From: Octopus vulgaris
Lineage: Eukaryota
Assembly (NCBI GenBank): GCA_951406725.2
Contig: OX597816.1
Location: forward strand, 46,748,001 to 46,812,000
Length of the DNA: 64,000 bases
Direction: 5' to 3'
The notes below the pieces were generated by a model. That model saw only the letters and a program-made list of their open reading frames with translations, searched no databases and was not told the DNA's origin. Numbering within the stretch: the stretch's first letter is position 1; the number at the start of each line of letters is the position of its first letter. Position numbers and translations under genes: made by a program. Positions 51,136 to 64,000 of this stretch are shown in pieces.

Positions 51136-51472
51136 GAATAAGCTAGCTTTGCTTGAGGCAGGGAACCTATATTACAGGGAACCGCATCTATGAAATGCTA
51201 GACATATTTTCTACAAAGCTATTTGCGACAAAATTATTTTCATACTGTAAATAATCCCATATTCATATGGAAAACAAAAACTAATAAATTAGTATTGATT
51301 TAATTATCTTATTTGAGTTATTTTATATTAAAAATATGTAAAAAGCAAAGAGAAAAACCAAAATTATTTATATGTCTATCATATAAAATAAAACTGTTGC
51401 TCCATCTTTTCGTACATGCGCTGACATTGTGATAGCAATTTAGGCTGTACCTTCATCGTAGTCCAATTAACC

Positions 51473-51596
51473 ATGTTACCTAAGTCACCTCTTGGGATTG
51501 CTGCTGCCGGTGTAGGAATATGTTTTCTAGGTTATTGCATTTATTTTGATCACAAAAGAAGGAGCGACCCATTATTTAAACAGAAACTTCGTGAAA
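51473..51596 (+). CDS. TOMM20: Mitochondrial import receptor Tom20, exon 1
   Basis: accATG. MLPKSPLGIAAAGVGICFLGYCIYFDHKRRSDPLFKQKLRE contains the Tom20 hallmark GYCIYFDxKRRSDP. Donor a|gttagt. Confidence 0.97.
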
Positions 51597-54500
51597 GTTA
51601 GTACAAATAACATTTATGCTGTTTTTTCACCACAAAAAATGTATAATAATCTGCCATCATGAATATAATTTTCTCATGTTTTTTCTCCCACATTTTCATT
51701 TTATGATATAGATATTATGAAATGGTCGAATAATAATAGTAGAAATCTTTACATGTGTGTTTTTTTGACTATATGTATTTGCATTATTTTGTCATGCCTG
51801 TAAGAATTGCAGCTTTCGTGTTTGTATTTCCTACTTCATTAAAATACGTAAGTCGCGACCTCTAAGGTGTCATCTGCCCGGTTTCTCATCTTTCAGACCC
51901 ACGTTGGTTTTACTTCATATTCCAGTTTCTCCCCTTTTTTTTTATGTAATATCTCCTTTATTCTGTTTTCTTTCCCTTATGTTTATTTAATAATGTAAAT
52001 GTAATATTCTTATATTTGAAAATTGATTGACATGTTCACATTCAGTTTAATAATCGATATTGGTGTATTATCAGAATCGTCTCTGTTGGATTTAAGGCTT
52101 AACCCTTCACGTTCTGTGTTCAGATCCCGACATAGTCTATCCACTGCGCTTTTTTAACCTTTCGGGTTGGTAAAATAAAATACGAGTAAATTGTTGTAAA
52201 TACAAGGCAACATGCTTACTGCTTAATTTTTGTGAATCAAATTAATTTTTTCTCTTCCTCGTATGTGTAATTAGCCAGGCGTGATTTTATTAGTGTTGTA
52301 AATTATCAAGATTCTTCAAAATTTACCCTATATACAAACGAGAGAAAGGGAACATCAATTCGATAAAATTTACATACGAAATATTTCACTATTAGTGCGC
52401 TTAACCCTACACAACCTGCTTGAAGTAAAATTAAAAATTAAATTAACCCAGAAATTAGCTGAAGAGAGTGAGGCTAGTTTTAATTACTCTGACAAAGCCC
52501 ACAACTTGTTTTTGTGAGCTAAAATTAATATTTTCTATATAGATATTAACAGTGTTTGTGCTGTGGAGCTTTTATTTATTTCTATTAATAATTTCATTGA
52601 AAGTAATAGCATTGACCTCTGGTGCGAGTGTAGAGTATTCGTATGTTATTTTATTTACCATAACTACAATTTGGTACCCCATCTCCATGACTTTGGTTCC
52701 GAATAATTTTTTTTAATTGCTGATACATTTTCGAGAATATAGTATTACTATTATGGTTTTTTTCCCCACTAAATTTTGCCAAAGTCATTGTAATCTACAC
52801 TCGAAAATATTTGTGCGTTTTTAGTATAGTTGTGAAGAAGCAAAAGTTGGGAGAATAATCTAAAAAATCCTGAGAATATTTTTTTCAGGAGGCACCAAAC
52901 TGTAGTTAGGCTTTTTACTTTATACATATTTTTTTTTACTCCTGTAAATAGCATTCTTTTTCGCTAGAAAAAGTGTCGTACTTTCATTTATTTCCACCCT
53001 AAAAGTTTGTAAATTGACTTCACTGCAAGAAGGTGGACATAGCTGCGATTTGGGGAAGTATCGAAATATAAAATTACTACTGAGACTAAAGAGAGAAAAG
53101 GAGGGGGGAATAATTAATCAATGAAAATTAAGTTGCATGTCAGCTGTGCTTCGTTTTAACCCGATCCAGTTTTACCAGTCAAATCCGGAGTCATTTTTAA
53201 GTACACGCACACTAAAAACTTGTAGAATTAAAGAAACCAATGGGGATTTTCTCAAGTTATTTATTGATAGCTGTACTCTTTGGAAGAAAGTAATTTTAAG
53301 ATCATCTTTTATTGTAGCATATCGATTTCATGAAGGAGCCCTTCTAAACCTCTTCACCACTCGTTTCATCATAATGCTATTCTTTCAAGGACGAATTGTT
53401 TTGTTTTTGTTCTTTTTAAGCGATTCTACATATAGAAAACGATGAATTAAGTACAGAGGTTGATATGACGGACTAAAATCCATGAAAGCTGTACCCCAAC
53501 ATGACAACAGTTTAATGACTGAAACCGGTTAAAGTATTTTAAACGATCAGCAGGAACGTTCATTAAGTAATCTGTTGTAATTAGTTCGTGTGAAAGTAAG
53601 AATTTCAAGATTTTGCTCTTGGGTCAAATATTTATATAACACTAGATAGAAAAATAATAATTACTTCTGGCTGCTTACTTATTAAAAACTTCTTAGAAGG
53701 GTTACATTGTATAAAGTGAATCTTGATGTCTTCGTTGTACTTATGATTTACTGTTAATGTTTATTGAAAATAAATTCAGAAACTAAATAATAATGGTTTC
53801 ATAGTATGACACAGGACCAGCAATTTTAGGGGAGAGTTAAATCAATTACATTAACCCAAGTGCTAAACTGGTAGTTATTTTATCAATCGTGAAAGGATGG
53901 AATGCAAAGTTGATCTCAGTGGAATCTGAGCTGAGCATAAAAAGCCAGAAGAGATGCTGTGAAGCATTGTGTCTGATGCATTAACGATTCTGCCACTTTG
54001 TCACTTATTAGAAATTATTAAAAAGTAGTAGTTGTAAAGTTATTGTTGAATGAACTGGAGGTGATGCCATATCAGCTTCTACAATGTAGATGAGGAAACT
54101 AAAACTCTCTGTAGTTAGTTGCAGCACTGAGCTCGCTAAAAAATTCTACCAAACTGTTGTCGGCCTTCTTCTCATTATGGCTAGTCAAAATCTATTGCAG
54201 ACATTCAAGTCTTGATGTCTTGGGAGTATTTCTGTATGTTGCTAAGCTTTATAAATAAACTCAAACAAGATGAAAGACATTTGTATCTATTGACAACATA
54301 CATTGTCTGTTACAAAAGGCATGATTGTAAGTGAAGTAATTGTATATGGTAATGAATACAGAGGAAAGAGAACTAAATTGTGTATGTGTCGGATGAAAAA
54401 GAATTGCGAAATAGTTGTAAAAAAATACATAACATAGACCAGATTTAGCTTGGAATAGTAAATTGAAAAACTTTACCTGAGATAATCCTGACAATCAGAA

Positions 54501-55129
54501 GGCAAAAATGCTTCCTAAAAGTGTTTAAGAAAGAAAAAACAAGGGAGATAATTACAATATTCTCATCTGGTTCTATAGTTTACCTCCATTGAATTATGAA
54601 ACAAATCTGTTGTGCTTGTATGATCAGGTTCTGTGACATTGAAGCAAACTTGTAACTAAGAGTATCTTGATATCATTTTGCATTTGGAATGGCTTCACTT
54701 TGTGCATTAGTGTTTTAGAGAATGTCTACAATATCAAAATATCTGGTTTCTTGAGAATTTTAAATTATATTCTAATGTATTTTAAATATTTACGCATTCA
54801 GATTACTGTCAAATATGTTTAATTCACATTGTTTTGAATTATGCATTATCTTATTGAGATTTTGATGTGGTGGTTTATTTTTAGAATGACATTGTAGGGG
54901 TGTGAGAGGCCAGATCTGGCTAGGTTGAATATTTGTGCTGGATATGGTCAGTTTGAATGCTAACGGGTTAAATGTAATAAATGTTTATCTCTAACAGCTG
55001 GTGTAATTTTCATGGATTTTATTTAATCTCAGGTGCTCTTTGGTTTAATCATCTATGCAGTAGCATTTTGATACTTACAAACTTTTCTGCGGGTACTTTG
55101 TATCTAATTACTGTATCCTTCTAATTTAG

Positions 55130-55173
55130 GACGACGGAAACAGCGTCAGAATGCCAAAAAAGGACCTACTCCA
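55130..55173 (+). CDS. TOMM20: Tom20 exon 2
   Basis: atttag| acceptor, cca|gtaagt donor. 44 nt, RRRKQRQNAKKGPTP, phase 1-0. Confidence 0.92.
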
Positions 55174-56843
55174 GTAAGTAAAAATACTATAAAAATATTT
55201 TATTTCAGCAAAAGCAGTTTAAAATTTATGGGGCAAAAATATTTTTTCTTAGTTTGTCTTGTATGAAAGATATATAATTGGTGTACCTGTAAAGTTACCC
55301 CATTCCTTTTACTTTAGATACTTACTCTAAAACCATCTTATAAGTCTTATTCAGTTATTTTCTTAACCCCCTTGATACTAACCCACATGAAACCACTCCT
55401 AGTTCAGTGATATAAACTTTCCATTTTAAACTGATATAAATTTTTAAAATCCATTAAAATTTCATATTGATTTATGTTCCAAGTAGTAGCTAAATAATGA
55501 CAAAATTGTATTACTAAATTCTGTTATTTTCAAAATTAATTGAAACAAAAGTATTTCAACAGAAATATGGTAACAAAAGGGTTACCATATTTTGTTCTTG
55601 CTAGCGTTCGCTGCTATTTAAACCCCAACTATCTTTTTATATTTAATCTGTCTCCTAGTTTAAACAATCTGATCCTTAGGTCCCATCGGTGGAGTTCACT
55701 ATGTTGCTAGCATTTAGATCATCTTCAGGTGCTGCTCTTCCTCTTTTCACCAAATCTTTTGGGGGCAAGAAAGTTCCTTCGAATATATATCTATTCAGAT
55801 TTCCAATGCACTTTCAGCTTTACATCCTCATTTTTTTTCTTCTCCAACCTTTGCCAAACTCTAGTTGTCATCTGATGCTTGCATTCAAGAAAATATAATT
55901 TTGAAACATAAAGAAGAAAGTGACTACATTTACTATGTATTATATTCTTAAATTCTATACAATTATTCTAATCATGCAACAAACAAATTAGCTAATTAGA
56001 AAATCTCTCTGAGATAAAAGCAGTAACTATACTGAGAAGTAAGGGTTATCACCAGTTGCAATAACCATTATTCTAATCTTTCTTTCTGTTAATCAGGTGG
56101 CCTTGTCACCCAACTTGGTGGCTCTCAAATTGATGAATACCAGCCCTCTCCTCTATATTAATGAAAAGACCATCCTTTCAGGGTTGATAAAATGAGTACC
56201 AATTGAGCATGGTGGGGTCAATACAATCAACTAGCCCTCGGTTTCCAGACCTTGTGTCTATAGCAGAAAGAAATTTTATTAAACATGGCAATTTGTTCAC
56301 CTCCTTTTCAATCTATATCTTCCACTTATCAAGGGAGGCCTTCTTGCCACTATTACAAATATTAACCTAACTCAATGGATTATTTTTATATTTTGGGAGT
56401 ACAACCCAAAAAGCAGATATAACATCTGGATTATGCCTGTTGTTCATTTTGTGTATTGAGACATGGCAGATTTTACCACATTTTGAAATAGAAAACCACA
56501 GAACAATTAGTAAATGTTCAATAAAAGACTTTGATGCAATTAATCATTTAAAATAATTCTTTTTTGGAACTGACTCTCAAAACAATTATAAAGCTATTAT
56601 ATGTGCTTTGAGATCCAGTTCCAGAAGAGAATTATTTCACATATTTTGTACACCCTGTAAAGTGGCTGGCATTAGGAAGGCATCCAGCTGTATGAACCAT
56701 GCCAAAACAGACAGTTGAGCTTGGTGCAGTCCTCTGGCTTCCCAGCTTCTGTCAAACCTTCCAATCCATGCCAGCACGGAAGATAGATGTTAGATGATGA
56801 TGATGATGACATTTACATTTGTTAATTCTTTTTACTTTTCTAG

Positions 56844-56925
56844 CTTCCTGCAATGAATAGCCCTCTTGAAATGCAGAAATTTTTCTTACAAGAAGTTCAT
56901 AATGGTGAAGAATTATTAGCTCAAG
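56844..56925 (+). CDS. TOMM20: Tom20 exon 3
   Basis: ttttctag| acceptor, g|gtatat donor. 82 nt, LPAMNSPLEMQKFFLQEVHNGEELLAQ-G (Tom20 QKFFLxE...GEELLAQG motif). Confidence 0.95.
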
Positions 56926-56980
56926 GTATATATATTTTGTTCTTTTTATAAACATTTTCCATTTTTAGTTAAAATTAATA

Positions 56981-57360
56981 GGCGCAGGAGTGGCTGTGTG
57001 GTAAGTAGCTTGATTACCAACCACATGGTTCTGGGTTCAGTCCCACTGTGTGGCACCTTGGGCAAGTGTCTTCTACTATAGCCTCGGGCCAACCAAAGCC
57101 TTGTAAGTGGATTTGGTAGACGGAAACTGAAAGAAGCCCATTGTATGTATGTGTGTGTGTATGTATATATATATATATATATATATATGTTTGTTTGTCT
57201 CCCCAACATTGCTTGACAACTGATGCTGATGCATTTACATCCCCGTAACTTAGCGGTTCAGCAAAAAGAGACCAATAGACTATCCTGGGGTCGATTTGCT
57301 CGACTAAAGGCGGTGCTCCAGCATGGCCACAGTCAAATGACTGAAACAAGTAAAAGTAAG
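56981..57360 (+). mobile_element. tRNA-derived SINE family A with central (TA)/(TG) microsatellite (copies at about 4630-4800 +, 7360-7790 -, 12657-12955 +, 18785-19120 +, 31080-31560 +, 39541-39900 +, 40572-42718 - split, 46970-47820 + split, 61630-61940 -)
   Basis: A-box-like tggctgtgtggtaag, B-box-like ggttcagtccc, shared body ggcaccttgggcaagtgtcttctactatagc, and 3' end actgaaacaagtaaaag. Confidence 0.9.
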
Positions 57361-59172
57361 AGTTCAAGTGTGCCATTTTACCCTTAGATTTACTAAGGAC
57401 TTAGAAAATGTGCCCTGCAAGACTAATTTGTGATTCACTCTTTAGTGGTGACAAGAGCTAGGAACATTCATCGCTATATTAGCATCAAAGATGAAGTGGA
57501 AAATAAAGAAATTTCACTGAAACAGTAACTTTTTGTTTTACTGAGAGTTTTTCTTAGGTTTTCTTTCATAACAATATTTAGAATAGGTAAGTAATATTTG
57601 TTTGCATTATCTACAGAGAATGGTGTAAGTTAAATGAAAAAGTATCATGGAGAAGATGATTTTAGTTTAACTGAAATGGTCTCAGTTTAGCACACTCGTC
57701 TTGATACCTTGTCATATCTAAGATTTAATTCCAAACATCATATGATATTTCATCTTGTTTCATTTAATACGAAAATTATGTAATTACTTAATTAGCTGTA
57801 CTTTTGTCACTGTGTGTCTACTAAACTAGGCAGCTTATAAAAAAAATGATGTAAACATTTTGTGTAAAGAAGGAAGTGGTTAAGAGAAAGTCAGGGGAAA
57901 GTTGGTAGCAAATGGGAAACTTAAGGATAAGTTGTTGGATTAGGACAATAAAATGTATATGTTCAAAGAGTTCTTTGTTTTGTTTTTTTTTGTTTAATGA
58001 CTGGTATAAAAATAAAGTAACAGTGAGAAAATGATATTTTTGTCAATTTTAAAAAGAGAAAGGAGTTACATTTTAATATTTCAATTAGTCTGTATCAGAA
58101 ACTGGTAACCCTACGATGATCATGTAGCTTAGCCACAGGTCGGATGGGATCATCCAAATATTTTTCCCCTCCAATTTTAGTGAATCTAAGATTATATTTT
58201 CCTATGTATCTTTGGAGATTTTTTTGTCTTTTTTAAGAGTGTGTGATTTAATGGAACTTTACCTGCTGATCAAGTGAGTGTGGAAAGGCCTCTCAATTCG
58301 ACTCAAAACTTATGAGGTTTAGAAAGGGAACTTGAAGTAGTATTTATCTAAACTAAATTTACAAAATAACAAAATCAAGAAACTACAGAACTGTCTAGAC
58401 TGACTATAAACATTGAACGATAAGATGACACATTAGTGATCTTAATATTGAATGGGTTTTTTTTTCCTATGAAGAATTTAATGGGGAAAAAAGGGGGTTT
58501 TTTTAACTACTGAGTAAAGTGATTTGTTAGTTGAAAAGATCCAAGTTGTGCTGATTTCATGCTCTGTTTAGGGGCCAGTTTTGTATTATTAACCAACCTG
58601 TTTTGATGTGTGAACCAGTTAAATGTTAAACTGTACATTTGCTTCCCATTATTAGCATATAAATTAGTTCTCAGTGAAATCTAACAAAAATTACACTTAT
58701 TGGTGTCCGTATAGTTCCCTGTAGCTAAGATGTGTGCTTATTTGTTTTCTGTGTTCATCATAATTGTGCCAAATTTCACTCTCACCCATCCCTCTCGTTG
58801 CTGTTTGATAGAAATAAATGCTTGCAATTTTAAGACAATCTTGTACATCAGTATTGAAGGCTAAAATATCAGTATTCATGTATACCAATAAGTTTTCAAT
58901 GTTTCAGTTGTTAGATGTGTAATACTGTAGAATATGAGTGCAAGCTTAGCCTTGTAGTTAAGAAGTTTGCTTTGCAGTCACATGCTTCCACTACATAACA
59001 ACTTGGGGAAAGTATCCATGTTATGCTTTCTTTCAGTTTTCTCTCCCATTCACAACAATCCTTTGAAATGGCAATTTCATAGAACTTTTAAGGCTTAGCT
59101 ATGCATGTGTATATAAAAGAAAACATAATATTATAAAGTTGATGATTGTTTTATTGTTGTCTCTTGTTTTAG

Positions 59173-59315
59173 GCGATATTAATGGAGGAATAGAGCATCT
59201 CAGTAATGCTGTTGCTGTATGTGGTCAGCCTCATCAGTTGCTCCAAGTACTACAGCAGACACTCCCAGCCCATGTATTCCAGAAGCTATTAGAGCAACTA
59301 CCAATTGTAACACAA
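59173..59315 (+). CDS. TOMM20: Tom20 exon 4
   Basis: gttttag| acceptor, caa|gtaagt donor. 143 nt, GDINGGIEHLSNAVAVCGQPHQLLQVLQQTLPAHVFQKLLEQLPIVTQ (TPR-like presequence-binding region). Confidence 0.97.
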
Positions 59316-60485
59316 GTAAGTACCATTAAACTGTTGTTCATATATATTATCAGTTATTATTACAAGAGCAGAGTAAGATGGTGAGCTGGCAGAATTGTTA
59401 GCATGCCTGGCAAAATGCTTAGCAGTATTTTGTCTGTCTTTACATTCTGAGTTCAAATTCTGCCCAGGTCGACTTTATCTTTCATCCTTTCGGGGTCAAT
59501 AAATTAAGTACCAGTCAAGTACTGGGGTTAGTTAAATCGACTAGCCCCTCCCCACAAATTCCAGGTCTTGTGCCTATAGTAGGAAGGATTATTATAAGAG
59601 CAGTGGATTAATAGAATCATTAGAGCATTGAACAGAATACTTTGAAATATTTCTTCCCGTTAATTATGCTCTGAGTTCAAATGATGTTGAAGTCAATTTT
59701 GCTTTTCATCCCTTTGGGGTCAATAAATGACCAGTCAAATGCTGGGGTAAGTGATAATGGATAAAGCTGACCCTTCAAAACTGCTGTCCTTGTGCCTGAC
59801 AAAGAATACAGAAATGCATTTTTTTTAAGGTTTGATATAATAGTACTATACCAGGACCAATTCGTTTAGCTGTATTCTCTCCCTTAAACAATTGGCTTGT
59901 GTGTTAGAAACCTTTCTCATAATTATTTTAGTTCTAATCTTTTGACTCATTAAAATTCATAATTTAAAAAACAGCAAAATACTTAATCAGCTGATCTAGA
60001 GATAGCCAAGTGATTAAGAGTTTCATTTCCCATTTACATGTTTCTCACTTCAATCCTGGTACACAACATCTTGAGTCAAGTATCTCATACCATAGCTTCA
60101 GGTCAAATGAAACTGAATAGATGGAAACTGTGGAAGCCTATTGATTAGATTGTACCTATTCTTGCGTAATAGACTTAATTGCTCAGTTTAACACCATTAC
60201 CACCTGAACCATGGATGCCTTCAGTAGAATCCACTCTCTTGCAAGCATTTAGACTAGGTTCATGGTCATATGATTTGATATCTTGATTTGCACCTATTGC
60301 AGCAATCTGAGTTGTGGTTTCTTCCTGCTTTGTCCTCCATAGATACCGGAGGACTAGAAAAGTTATGAATACCTCTCAACTTCCTTTAAGCCCCACCAAT
60401 ATTTTTTTAACTGTACCTCTCCCCACTACTAGAATTTAGTTTGTACCTGAAAAAGAAATCATTACTCTGCATAATATATATATAT

Positions 60486-60795
60486 ACTGGCTTCTGTGCC
60501 GGTGGCACATAAAAAGCACCATCCGAACGTGGCCAATGCCAGCGCCGCCTTGACTGGCTTCTGTGCCGGTGGCACGTTAAAAGCACCATCCGATCATGGC
60601 TGATGCCAGACTCCCCTGGCACGTAAAAAGCACCCACTATACCGCGGAGTGGTTGGCGTTAGGAAGGGCATCCAGCTGTAGAAACACTGCCAGATCAGGC
60701 TGGAGCCTGGTGTAGCCCCTGGCTTCCCAGACCCCCGGTCGAACCGTCCAACCCGTGCTAGCACGGAAAACGGGCGTTAAACGATGATGATGATA
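60486..60795 (+). mobile_element. RTE LINE 3' UTR fragment (other short tail copies at about 26360-26515 -, 38288-38455 -, 56660-56810 +, 62768-62947 +)
   Basis: Reverse complement of the 41639-41990 region, ending ttaaacgatgatgatgat. Confidence 0.85.
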
Positions 60796-63084
60796 TATAT
60801 ATATCTGCTAACTAGTTGAATGCAGTAATGCTTGCTTGTTTGGTAGTTAATTGACGTTGTGAACAAGCAAAGAGAAGCTTATGAGCTAAATGATAGAAAT
60901 GTAATTTTTGAGCAAATAAGTTAAAATGGAAATTAAAAATGTAAATATGCATATGCATTCAACACAAATTGAACATGAAATATATTGAAATTAGGAAAAT
61001 GTATTTGTATGGTTAACATAGAAGCCTCCTGTTAAAAATCTTATAAAAGCCACTGTATTGTGCAAGGCACTTAGCTTGTTTGCATTCCTACATCACAGTT
61101 GGGTAGTTAGCAGTTGATTGGATACATCTAGTTGTGAGAACAGTGAAGCAAGTGAATCGCTCCATATAAATATGAAAGGTTGAATGTAAAGTGGTGAAAC
61201 GATTTATTTGTGGAATGTAGTTATCACATTGTTTCTCAAGAATGAGTTTGATAGCCAATGTCACTTAAATTTGAGGAGCATTACCCTAAAGGTTTAAAGA
61301 TAAGTAGATTAAGAAGCAGTTGTATAGTTTCTTATAAATGATTATTATACTGTTGGCAGCAGTTCTGACAATTCTGTTGAGTATTAATGCAAAAAAAGGC
61401 AATTGTGCTCTTGAACTCTGAAGCTATGCATTTGATCTACTAGCCTGTCACTAGATTGTTACATACTATATTGCTTGCTCTCTCTCCCTCGTGTGTAGGT
61501 GCATGGCTCAGTGGTTAGAGCATTAGGTTTACAATTGTGAGGTTATGAGTTCAATTCCTAGACCAGGCTGTGTGTTGTGTTCTTGAGTAAGACACTTTAT
61601 TTCACATACTGGTACCAAGCTATATTCATTTGTATTCTTTTACTTGTTTTTTGACTGGCCATGCTGCAGCACTGCCTTGAAGTGTTTTTTAGTAAACAAA
61701 TTGACCCCTGGACTTTTTTTTTTTAAGCCTAGTACTTATTCTGTTGATCTCTTGCTGAACTTCTAAGTTACAGGGACATAAACACAGCAACACCAGTGAT
61801 GGCAGGGACAAACAGATAGACATACACACACACATGATCTTTCAGTTTCTGTCTACCAAATCCACTCACAAGGCTTTGGTTGGCCTGAGGCTATAGAAGA
61901 CACTTGCCCAAGGTGCCATGCAGAGGAACTGAACCTACCTGTGCCTATATTGTATGGTTAAACTCACTTTGCAACCATGTGGTTTTGGGTTCAGTCAGTG
62001 TGTGGTACCTTGGGAAAGTTTCTTCTACTATAGACTTGGACCAACAAATGACTTGTGAATTTGAAAGGCAGAAATTGTGGAAGCACATCATGTCTGTATG
62101 TGTTTGTTGCTTATCATTGCTTGATAATTGATGTTGGTTTGTTTACATCCCCTATAACTTAGTGGTTTAGCAAAAGAGGTCAATACAATAAGCACTGGAG
62201 TCAATTTGTTTGACTAAAACCTTCAAGGTAGTACCTTGGCATGTCTTACTTACACTTTCCTTGCTGGTATGTGTTGAACAGGTCCTTGTGGTCATGTTTT
62301 TATTCAGTTATTGTCCTAGACATACCTCCCTTGTACATTTAAATTTTGACATAGGTTCTACAGTTGGATGCTCTGTATGTTTGTGAGAAGGTACAAAAAA
62401 TTATTTCTAATTTAGTTTTGATTATAAATTCTTTCTTTTTTCGTAATATGCAGTTAAATTAGTGCTAAAACAATTGGGCTGGTGTCAGAGTAGAGAGTTT
62501 GGAGTTATGTCTTAAAGGAAATTGAGTAGTTATTTGATATGAACAAGATTTGTCTGCCACAGATTTTTATGATGAGCAAATATTTGTCAGAGCTGTGGTG
62601 AATGCCAGCTTCCACATCTACTACTACTAATATTTTTCTCATTGGCTTTTAGCCTAAATTTACCATTTAAGTTAGCTGAAAGATGAAATGTTATAGTTAG
62701 TATGCTTAGCAGAAATGCAGACAACTATAAGGCCAGCCTACATTTTTTTTTTATTATCATTATTATTGGCACGTAAAAAACACCCACTACACTCTCGGAG
62801 TGGTTGGCATTATGAAGGGCATCCAGCTGTAGAAACTCTGCCAGATCAAGATTGAAGCCTGGTGCAACCATCTGGTTCGCCAGCCCACAGTCAAACCGTC
62901 CAACCCATGTTAGCATGGAAAGCGGATGTTAAATGATGATGATGATTTTCCTACGTGATTATATGCTCCTGCAGTTAAGACAAAATGACTGGTGTTTAAA
63001 ATAATTTAAGCTTGGTGTTTAATTCTATTTCTACGTTCTCCAAGACATTAACCAATCTTTTTCAATTTTCTTTTTCCGTTTTAG

Positions 63085-63147
63085 CGTTTTGCAAATAGTA
63101 ACTCAGCTGAATCCTCAAGCAAAGTGACAGAAGAGGAACTGGAATAA
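63085..63147 (+). CDS. TOMM20: Tom20 exon 5 (terminal)
   Basis: Pyrimidine tract + ttag| acceptor. RFANSNSAESSSKVTEEELE* is the acidic C-terminus typical of animal Tom20. Total 151 aa. Confidence 0.9.
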   Translation, partial: RFANSNSAESSSKVTEEELE

Positions 63148-63554
63148 GTTAAACCTCAGGAATTTATATTTGTCTTCTCTGTTAAGCATAATGTTTGTGA
63201 ACCATACAAACCAAATGCACACACTAATGTGAAAAAAAATATGTACCCAAAAAACATTGCTGTAGTAGCCATTGGCTATTTATTATGTATCTATTCATCA
63301 TATCTCCTTCATGAAATAACTTGAGGTAACTTGGTTATCATAAATCAAATATTTGTTGACATGCTGTCCATAGCATTTCCAAACCTTTTGTCTAAAAATA
63401 AGACTTCACAAATTTGATATGCTAAGTACTTTTTATGTAAATGTTCATGGTGTAATATGAGATAAATTGATTTTGAAGGAAGAAAGAAATTCCTCTTAAT
63501 TAGCCTCCTATCATTTAAAAGATTTAATTTTTTTTCTTTATTCATACTCTTTCC

Positions 63555-63560
63555 AATAAA
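63555..63560 (+). terminator. Candidate polyadenylation signal for TOMM20
   Basis: AATAAA about 410 nt after the stop codon, followed by T/GT-rich sequence. Confidence 0.45.
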
Positions 63561-64000
63561 AGAAAAAAAAAAATAGAAAATGTTTATTTTTCAACAAAAT
63601 TTAACCAAAGTTGGTATGTTTTATATCATGACAACTTTTTTTTTTAAGTAACCTTTTGTATTTGAATTCTCTACCAATTTTATGTCAAATAATTAAGCTC
63701 TTTTGTTCATTTTATTTAAATGGTGCTGAGTTTGCAATGATTTAGCACCTTGTTATTTCCCGAGGAAATTTATAGCCAACCTTTCTAATAATGACAATTG
63801 TATCAAGATTTAGGTATAAACGTAAATATATAATTTTCCACTCAGTTAATTACATACAACTTAGTTCCAACTTTGTCAACATAACAAGTTTGGGTCTGTT
63901 GCGGCATTGTCAATGGAGATCGATATAAAACTAAAATGGACTCCTCTGTAGCTCTAACTACTTATTCCATAAATTGATCCGATAATCATTAATTTTCTTT

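Overview
AT-rich, repeat-dense eukaryotic (non-microbial) DNA. The SINE families, (TA)n/(CA)n microsatellites and RTE/CR1 LINEs look like an Octopus (coleoid cephalopod) genome; this is my recognition, not a search result. Two intron-containing genes can be assembled by hand on the + strand. (1) The last eight coding exons (2406-23214, 490 aa visible, 5' end outside the window) of a spectrin-repeat-like, klarsicht/nesprin-type KASH protein ending ...PELRYINGAPPI*, apparently followed by a long, TE-poor 3' UTR. (2) A complete five-exon TOMM20 gene (51473-63147, 151 aa). The rest is SINEs, CR1 and RTE LINE fragments, Penelope-like remnants with minimal hammerhead ribozyme motifs, Helitrons, piggyBac-like and Merlin-like MITEs and Tc1/mariner relics. 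Most ORFs in the supplied track are microsatellite or repeat artefacts. The most unusual observation is a nested long-range RNA duplex just downstream of the KASH stop codon. Its inner stem exactly brackets a 93-codon ORF that is in frame with the KASH gene and reachable through a CAGCAG acceptor buried in the stem. Also notable are a KASH peptide lacking the canonical -23 cysteine, a fold-back transposon carrying telomeric repeats, and SINE-internal microsatellites acting as landing pads for nested insertions.
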